A stretch of DNA of 62,109 bases from a virus, in the IMG/VR virus record IMGVR_UViG_3300009433_000007. One strand, given 5' to 3'. The notes beneath the pieces are model-generated. The model was not told the origin of the DNA, made no database searches, and worked only from the letters and a program-made list of their open reading frames with translations. Shown here in pieces: positions 56,258-62,109 of the stretch; position 1 is the first letter of the stretch; each line of letters begins with the position of its first letter. The position numbers were made by a program, and so were the translations under genes.

Positions 56258-57322
56258 ATGTCCCTCTCACCTGAGTTCATTCGCACTTCCCTTCAGGGGT
56301 TGTATGGTGAGTCTGTTGCTACTGCTGATATTCGTGCCTGGTGTGCTATGAATGGTGCGAACTATCAAACTGTCACCAATAAACTCACTCAATACAAGAC
56401 TAGTCGTGGAAAGTGGAACTTGACCGTACAAGAAAAACTAGAGCAAAACTATCAGGCACCACCTGCTATGCCTGCCGTTGAACAGAACCTTATTCCTGCA
56501 AAAGATGATACCTTCGTCAGCTTTGGTAACTTCGCTGATATTAAAAAAATTATTAAGTCCGGTCTGTTCTATCCAACGTTCATTACGGGTCTTTCGGGTA
56601 ATGGTAAGACGTTCTCTGTGGAGCAAGCATGTGCTCAACTGGACAGAGAACTTATTCGAGTCAACATCACAGTAGAAACAGATGAAGATGATCTTATTGG
56701 CGGTTTCCGTCTTATTGGTGGAGAAACCGTCTGGCACAATGGACCAGTCATTGAAGCACTTCAACGTGGAGCAGTCTTGCTCCTTGACGAAATCGACCTT
56801 GCCTCAAACAAAATCCTTTGTCTCCAATCTATTCTCGAAGGAAAAGGAGTTTTCCTCAAGAAGATTGGCAAATGGGTTGCGCCCACAGAAGGTTTCCAAG
56901 TATTCGCAACCGCCAATACTAAAGGTAAAGGAAGTGACGACGGACGATTTATTGGAACTAACGTGCTCAACGAAGCATTCCTTGAGCGATTCCCTGTAAC
57001 CTTTGAGCAAGAGTATCCTGCAGCTGCTACCGAACAGAAAATTCTTGGTAAAATCTGTAAGGATGTTGAGTTCTGTAAGCGCCTCTCTGACTGGGCAGAC
57101 ATTATCCGCAAGACCTTCTATGATGGTGGTATTGAGGAGATTATCTCTACCCGTCGTCTGGTTCATATTGTGAAGGCATACAGTATTTTTGGTGACAAGG
57201 CAAAGGCAATTCAGGTTTGTGTCAATCGTTTTGATGATGAAACCAAGCAGGCGTTTCTAGAACTGTATGATAAAGTTGATGCCGACTTCGTAATGCCCAT
57301 TGACGGAGAGGTGGTCTCCTGA
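56258..57322 (+). CDS. cobS: MoxR/CobS-like AAA+ ATPase
   Basis: GLSGNGKT Walker A, DEDDLIGGF, LLLDEID Walker B, ATAN, NEAFLERF arginine finger, ISTRRL. Confidence 0.9.
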   Translation: MSLSPEFIRTSLQGLYGESVATADIRAWCAMNGANYQTVTNKLTQYKTSRGKWNLTVQEKLEQNYQAPPAMPAVEQNLIPAKDDTFVSFGNFADIKKIIKSGLFYPTFITGLSGNGKTFSVEQACAQLDRELIRVNITVETDEDDLIGGFRLIGGETVWHNGPVIEALQRGAVLLLDEIDLASNKILCLQSILEGKGVFLKKIGKWVAPTEGFQVFATANTKGKGSDDGRFIGTNVLNEAFLERFPVTFEQEYPAAATEQKILGKICKDVEFCKRLSDWADIIRKTFYDGGIEEIISTRRLVHIVKAYSIFGDKAKAIQVCVNRFDDETKQAFLELYDKVDADFVMPIDGEVVS

Positions 57323-57328
57323 TATAAT
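57300..57328 (+). promoter_or_regulatory. Sigma70-type promoter with a hairpin in the spacer
   Basis: TTGACG, 17 nt (GGAGA/TCTCC inverted repeat), TG-a-TATAAT. Confidence 0.65.
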
Positions 57329-57898
57329 ATGACTAACTCATGGTCCTTTCTATTTGACGAATTAAATATGTCTAATCAAGATTATTGGGAAGAGGACGGA
57401 TTCAGTGTTGTGGGTAATCCCGGCACTGCATCTCCAGACACTATTGTTTTTGGTGGTTCTGCTCTTCCAGGTGGTATGGGGAATGATCATATCACTTTCT
57501 CAAGTGATGGTATTAATGCCGCACAACCCGTCTCATTCAATTACTTTGGAGCAGAATCAGAAGATAGTATTTCTCTTGATTTATCCGTTCCTTCCAAACC
57601 TTCATCTAACAATAGACAGAAGTATAGTGAAGATGTAATTATCAAAGAACTTAAAGATTACATCACTAGAACATATGATCAGCATTATTCTGCTGGTTCA
57701 GATAAGATTCAAACTCTTGATCTTATTGAAGCTTGTGGTGATGGTGAGGCATTTTGTCGCAGCAACATCCTCAAGTATGCGTCACGATATGATAAGAAGG
57801 GAACCGCCCGTCGTGACATTATGAAGATTCTGCATTATGCTGTACTTCTGATGCATTTCAATGACAAAAATGCACAAAATGAAACTTACCCTCAGTGA
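57329..57898 (+). CDS. DUF3310-type protein with a low-complexity N-terminal extension
   Basis: YDQHYS...IQTLDLI...FCRSNILKYASRYDKKG..RRDIMKILHYA C-terminal domain; start uncertain (57329 or 57368). Confidence 0.75.
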   Translation: MTNSWSFLFDELNMSNQDYWEEDGFSVVGNPGTASPDTIVFGGSALPGGMGNDHITFSSDGINAAQPVSFNYFGAESEDSISLDLSVPSKPSSNNRQKYSEDVIIKELKDYITRTYDQHYSAGSDKIQTLDLIEACGDGEAFCRSNILKYASRYDKKGTARRDIMKILHYAVLLMHFNDKNAQNETYPQ

Positions 57899-58581
57899 TG
57901 AAAATTCGACCTGTTATGAAACTTTCTGATAAGACTATTTCTGTTTTGAAGAACTTCTCTTCAATCAATCAATCCATTTTGTTTAAAGAGGGTAGTAAAC
58001 TTCGCACTATTAGTGTGATGAAGAATATTCTTGCAGAGGCAACGATTAATGAAGAGTTCATGAAGGACTTTGGAATCTATGACCTAAACCAGTTTCTTAA
58101 TGGTTTGAGTTTGCATTCCAGTCCTGAACTTGACTTTGCTAATGATGGATACGTTGTTATCCGTGAAGGTCGGTCTCGCACCAAGTATTTTTTTGCAGAC
58201 CCCAATGTAATTGTAACACCTCCAGAAAAAGCAATTCAACTTCCTAGTGAGGATGTTCAATTTGAACTCAGCACTGAGCAGTTGGACAAACTGCTGAAAG
58301 CGTCTGCTGTTTATCAACTTCCTGACCTTTCTGCTGTTGGTGAAGCAGGTGTCGTCAAATTGGTTGTTCGTGATAAGAAGAACGACACTTCTAATGACTT
58401 CTCTGTTATTGTTGGTGAAACCGACAAAGAGTTCTCATTCAATTTCAAAGTTGAGAATATCAAGATTCTTCCAGGAACCTATGATGTTGTTGTGTCGCAA
58501 AAACTTCTGTCTCGATTCACATCTAAGAATCATGATCTGACGTATTATATTGCTTTAGAACCTGATTCTACTTTTGGTTGA
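57898..58581 (+). CDS. g45: Sliding clamp gp45
   Basis: MKLSDKT..VLKNFSSINQSI, FGIYDLNQFL, NIKILPGTYDV, YYIALE. Confidence 0.96.
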   Translation: MKIRPVMKLSDKTISVLKNFSSINQSILFKEGSKLRTISVMKNILAEATINEEFMKDFGIYDLNQFLNGLSLHSSPELDFANDGYVVIREGRSRTKYFFADPNVIVTPPEKAIQLPSEDVQFELSTEQLDKLLKASAVYQLPDLSAVGEAGVVKLVVRDKKNDTSNDFSVIVGETDKEFSFNFKVENIKILPGTYDVVVSQKLLSRFTSKNHDLTYYIALEPDSTFG

Positions 58582-58790
58582 TGACCTTTGATGTTGCCAT
58601 GAGAATCACGGGCAGTGCTCTTGCGATCATTGCTTACTTCGTGGTTCTTCATGTCAGTGTTGCTTTTGGAGTGCTTCTTCACTTTATTGGTGATGCTATT
58701 TCAGTTCCTTACTTTATTAAGACAAAATCCTGGGATGTGGTTATAATGCTATCATTCCTTTTGATAATCTCTTTGTCAAAGTTACTATGA
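58581..58790 (+). CDS. Small multi-pass membrane protein (69 aa)
   Basis: Three hydrophobic stretches; overlaps both neighbours. Confidence 0.7.
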   Translation: MTFDVAMRITGSALAIIAYFVVLHVSVAFGVLLHFIGDAISVPYFIKTKSWDVVIMLSFLLIISLSKLL

Positions 58791-59314
58791 ATATCTTTGT
58801 AACCTCTCCCAGTCCTTGGGAGTCTGCCAGGGTTCTCCCTGACAAGCACATCGTCAAGATGCCCTTAGAAACCTGTCAGATGCTTGCTATTGTTTGCTCT
58901 GACAAATGGGGTCATAACTTCGGCACTCTTCCTAGAGCAGATGGTACTCCCTATGCTACTGAGAAGGGTGCTTTTCGTAATCACCCTTGTACTATTTGGG
59001 CAAATGAGTTTGTGAGTAATTGGCAGTGGTTGCTTGCTCATGGACTTGCTATGTGTGATGAGTATACTGCTCGTTATGGTAAGGTTCATACCTGTCAGAA
59101 GACCCTTCTAGCAGCAAAGGAGATACTCCCTACAGCAGACCCACAAGGTCGTAGTGGAAAGGATACAACACCCTTTGTTTTTGCTGGACCTGATGAGTTC
59201 AAGTTAGATACTTCAATATCCATCTTTGACAAATATAAGATGTACATTGCATCTAAACCATGGGTATGTGATAATTATCTTCGCATCCCTGATCGTAAAC
59301 CTGATTGGATTTGA
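58787..59314 (+). CDS. Pyrimidine-dimer DNA glycosylase (DenV/PDG)-related protein
   Basis: MNIF...DKHIVKMPLETCQML...NHPCTIWA...H family pattern. Confidence 0.7.
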   Translation: MNIFVTSPSPWESARVLPDKHIVKMPLETCQMLAIVCSDKWGHNFGTLPRADGTPYATEKGAFRNHPCTIWANEFVSNWQWLLAHGLAMCDEYTARYGKVHTCQKTLLAAKEILPTADPQGRSGKDTTPFVFAGPDEFKLDTSISIFDKYKMYIASKPWVCDNYLRIPDRKPDWI

Positions 59315-59316
59315 TT

Positions 59317-59445
59317 ATGACTAATCGTTGGTTGCTTGAAAAATTAAAAAAACTTTCAGAAGAAAAGTTAGATGAAGATTTTGATTCTCGTCAGTGGGTT
59401 GCGAAACATTGCCGAGAAGTTATTCCCCCTGGTAAGTGGACATGA
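59317..59445 (+). CDS. 42-aa hypothetical protein (absent from the ORF track)
   Basis: Manual translation MTNRWLLEKLKKLSEEKLDEDFDSRQWVAKHCREVIPPGKWT; stop overlaps the speD ATG. Confidence 0.6.
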   Translation: MTNRWLLEKLKKLSEEKLDEDFDSRQWVAKHCREVIPPGKWT

Positions 59446-59777
59446 AACACATTCTTTTTACTTTGAAAGGTTGTCCTTTTTATTTGCTTGACGACAAAGA
59501 GTTCATACGAATGGTTTTGTTTAGAGCATCAAAAGAATGTAAATCAACTCTGCTTGATTTGACAGTACATAAGTTTGATCCTCAGGGTGTGACTGGAATT
59601 GCTATGCTTGCTGAGAGTCATCTCAGTATACATACTTGGCCTGAGAATGGTATGGCAGTTTGTGATGTCTTTACTTGTGGTGATACTGCTATACCTGAAA
59701 ATGGTGTAGAATATATGAAAGAACAATTGAAGGCAACTGATATTGTATCTAATGAATTTGTTCGTCCTTTAGAATGA
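59442..59777 (+). CDS. speD: S-adenosylmethionine decarboxylase proenzyme (polyamine AMG)
   Basis: HKFDPQGVTG..MLAESHLSIHTWPE..AVCDVFTCG with the E/S autocleavage site. Confidence 0.93.
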   Translation: MKHILFTLKGCPFYLLDDKEFIRMVLFRASKECKSTLLDLTVHKFDPQGVTGIAMLAESHLSIHTWPENGMAVCDVFTCGDTAIPENGVEYMKEQLKATDIVSNEFVRPLE

Positions 59778-59923
59778 AAACTACTTTGACAGTTGATAAA
59801 AATGGAATCTTAACCTTTACTCCAGAAATTCTAGAAGTGACTGGATGGAAAGAGGGAGATATGCTAGAATGGATTCCTAATGATGATGGTTCGTTTAATT
59901 TGGTGAAAAAAGAACATGCGTGA
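59774..59923 (+). CDS. 49-aa AbrB/MazE/SpoVT-like protein (absent from the ORF track)
   Basis: Manual translation MKTTLTVDKNGILTFTPEILEVTGWKEGDMLEWIPNDDGSFNLVKKEHA; swapped-hairpin pattern; overlaps speD and g44. Confidence 0.7.
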   Translation: MKTTLTVDKNGILTFTPEILEVTGWKEGDMLEWIPNDDGSFNLVKKEHA

Positions 59924-60860
59924 TGAATTTCTTTGGGTTGAAAAATACAGACCCAAAACTATTGAAGAATGTATTTTACCACCAAGTATTAAGAAGACTT
60001 TTCAAGACTTCCTAGATAAGGGTGAGATACCAAATATGCTCCTTGCAGGTCCTGCTGGGTGTGGAAAGACTACGGTAGCAAAAGCACTCTGCAATGAACT
60101 AGGAGTAGATTTTTATGTCATCAACGGATCCGATGAAGGACGATTCCTCGATACCGTCAGAAATACTGCGAAGAATTTCGCTTCGACCGTCTCGCTTTCT
60201 TCAACTGCAAAACACAAAGTCATCATCATTGATGAGGCAGATAACACAACCAATGATGTACAACTCCTCCTACGGGCGTTTATTGAGGAGTTTAGTGGCA
60301 ACTGCAGATTCATCTTTACCTGCAACTTCAAAAACAAAATTCTCGAACCACTTCATTCCCGCACAACGGTTGTCGAGTTCTCCATTAAGGGAAAAGATCG
60401 ACAGGGACTTGCAGCCTCATTCTTCAAACGCATCCAAGAAATCTTGGATACAGAAGGTGTTAAATATGATAACAAGGTCCTGGTAGAACTTATTAATAAG
60501 CACTTCCCAGATTGGAGACGTGTTCTTAATGAGTGTCAGAGATATTCTTCTTCTGGTACTATTGATCCTGGTATTCTTGCAACTTTTAGTGATGTAAAAG
60601 TAAATGACTTGGTTAAGAAACTTAAGGAAAAAGATTTTCCCGAAGTACGTAAATGGGTTGTCAATAACCTGGACAATGATACTGCTGTCCTATTGCGTCG
60701 TATTTACGATGCTTGTTATGATTCCATGGTTCCGAATAGTATTCCTGCTGCTGTGCTTACTCTGGCTAAGTATCAGTATCAAATGGCATTCGTTGCGGAT
60801 CAAGAAATAAATATGCTGGCATGTCTAACTGAACTTATGGTGGAGTGTGAATTCAAATGA
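59916..60860 (+). CDS. g44: Clamp loader large subunit gp44
   Basis: LWVEKYRPKTIEECIL, GPAGCGKTT, IIIDEAD, PLHSR, FPDWRR. Confidence 0.97.
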   Translation: MRDEFLWVEKYRPKTIEECILPPSIKKTFQDFLDKGEIPNMLLAGPAGCGKTTVAKALCNELGVDFYVINGSDEGRFLDTVRNTAKNFASTVSLSSTAKHKVIIIDEADNTTNDVQLLLRAFIEEFSGNCRFIFTCNFKNKILEPLHSRTTVVEFSIKGKDRQGLAASFFKRIQEILDTEGVKYDNKVLVELINKHFPDWRRVLNECQRYSSSGTIDPGILATFSDVKVNDLVKKLKEKDFPEVRKWVVNNLDNDTAVLLRRIYDACYDSMVPNSIPAAVLTLAKYQYQMAFVADQEINMLACLTELMVECEFK

Positions 60861-61057
60861 AAACTAAAATTAAAGCACAAGTAAAATCCAGATTCTATTA
60901 TGTATTCTGGGGAACTGCTACTATAGCAGTTGTCTTAGGTCAACTATATGTTGGCACTGGATATCGCGTTCTGCATAGTGATATGCGAGAACTACTTTCA
61001 AAAGTGGATGGAGTTCTTCTCCATGCAATTGAAGATAACAATTCTAAATTTTATTGA
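60857..61057 (+). CDS. Small single-TM hypothetical protein (66 aa)
   Basis: YVFWGTATIAVVLGQLYVG hydrophobic segment; ATGA overlap. Confidence 0.7.
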   Translation: MKTKIKAQVKSRFYYVFWGTATIAVVLGQLYVGTGYRVLHSDMRELLSKVDGVLLHAIEDNNSKFY

Positions 61058-61059
61058 TT

Positions 61060-61353
61060 ATGATTGATGTTAAACTAATTCGCATTGTTACTGGCGAAGA
61101 GATTATTGCTGAACTCATCTCTGAAGATGAGAATACAATTACCGTAAAGAACGGTCTTGTAGTTCTACCTAATGCTAATGGTGTTGGATTCGCGCAGTGG
61201 GCAACTGTGATTGATCCAGACAATCCTGAAGTCACCATGAAACAGCAGCACATTGTTTACGTTTGTGCTGTTCAAGAAGATGTGAGTAAGAAGTACAATG
61301 AAATGTTTGGGAGTAAACTAGTTACCCCATCATCTAAGAAATTGATTGTGTGA
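61060..61353 (+). CDS. Hypothetical protein, possible Sm-like fold (97 aa)
   Basis: VKLIRIVTGEEIIAEL motif; similar to 48900..49295. Confidence 0.75.
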   Translation: MIDVKLIRIVTGEEIIAELISEDENTITVKNGLVVLPNANGVGFAQWATVIDPDNPEVTMKQQHIVYVCAVQEDVSKKYNEMFGSKLVTPSSKKLIV

Positions 61354-62109
61354 TGAAATCGTATAAAACTCCTCTTCGTTATCCTGGGGGCAAGTCCCGT
61401 GCTTGCATCAAGATGGATCCCTATTTTCCTGACCTCCGTGACTATAAGGAGTACCGTGAACCATTCTTAGGTGGTGGTAGCGTAGCGATACATATTACTA
61501 AGAAGTATCCTAAGTTGGATATCTGGGTTAATGACTTGTATGAACCCTTGTATAATTTCTGGAGGGTTCTGCAAGATGAAGGTAATCCTTTATATGAGAG
61601 TTTACAGGAATTAAAGTCTTTGCATTCTGATGAAGAATCTGCAAGAGAATTATTTTTAAAATCAAAGAGTATTGTTAATGATTACACTGAATCAAATTTA
61701 TTTCGCGCTAGTAGCTTTTATATTATCAATAAGTGCTCTTTTTCTGGTCTCACCGAGTCCTCATCCTTCAGCAGACAAGCAAGCGTCTCCAACTTCTCAA
61801 TGCGAGGAATCCAAAAACTTCCAGGATACACTCAACTAATTCAGAACTGGAAAATTACTAACTGGTCGTATGAGTCACTTCTCACTGATCGTAAAGATGT
61901 ATTCACATATCTAGATCCTCCATATGACATTAAAGATAATCTCTATGGTAAGAAGGGAAGTATGCACAACGGATTTAATCACGATGATTTTTCTTCCGAT
62001 TGTGATAGGCATGTTGGTCCTCAACTCATATCTTATAATTCTTCTAACTTAGTTAAGGAGAGATTTAATGGGTGGGAAGCAGGTGAGTTTGATTTAACTT
62101 ACACGATGC
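61353..62109 (+). CDS. dam: DNA adenine methyltransferase (D12 class), truncated by the window end
   Basis: Manual translation open to the end: TPLRYPGGKS, EPFLGGGS (SAM binding), NDL, YLDPPY (61908-61925). Confidence 0.93.
   Translation, partial: MKSYKTPLRYPGGKSRACIKMDPYFPDLRDYKEYREPFLGGGSVAIHITKKYPKLDIWVNDLYEPLYNFWRVLQDEGNPLYESLQELKSLHSDEESARELFLKSKSIVNDYTESNLFRASSFYIINKCSFSGLTESSSFSRQASVSNFSMRGIQKLPGYTQLIQNWKITNWSYESLLTDRKDVFTYLDPPYDIKDNLYGKKGSMHNGFNHDDFSSDCDRHVGPQLISYNSSNLVKERFNGWEAGEFDLTYTM

Noticed and set aside
56258-57322. Functional cobalamin biosynthesis
   Set aside because: The cobS label reflects the AAA+ family only; no CobN or other pathway gene is in the window.
1-62109. tRNA/rRNA genes, integrase, transposase, photosynthesis AMGs (psbA, hli)
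   Set aside because: None recognised; the intergenic gaps are explained by promoters and terminators or are too short. A tRNAscan-SE run would confirm.

Overview
This window is a 62 kb segment of a lytic T4-like marine cyanomyovirus (Kyanoviridae-type; Prochlorococcus or Synechococcus host inferred from gene content and order). Every credible gene is on the + strand. It runs in this order: (i) a short accessory/regulatory zone (1-3.3 kb) with micro-ORFs, several sigma70-type promoters (one pointing leftward into non-coding DNA), DnaA-box-like repeats and a GT-A glycosyltransferase; (ii) the virion module g25-g6-g7(4011 aa)-g8-DUF4815/VrlC-like(2514 aa)-g13-g14-g15-g16-[two accessory genes]-g17-g18-g19-g20-g21-g22-g23-g3, punctuated by T4-type late promoters (TATAAATA/AATAAATA/CTAAATA); (iii) the recombination/replication module uvsY-uvsW-g55-g47-g46, a sulfotransferase, a HExxH/VWA protein plus a MoxR/CobS-like AAA+ ATPase, DUF3310, g45, a pyrimidine-dimer glycosylase-like gene, speD, an AbrB-like microprotein, g44, and a Dam methylase cut by the window end. 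I saw no tRNA, CRISPR array, integrase, intron or intein. The best leads are a 619-aa candidate capsid-cargo polyprotein whose modules are separated by prohead-protease-type (hydrophobic-X-Glu) sites, a candidate replication origin with cyanobacterial-type DnaA boxes crossed by an ORF-less leftward transcript, a segmented coiled-coil fibre gene, and a possible virion glycosylation/sulfation system. Family names come from motif recognition by eye, not from database searches.
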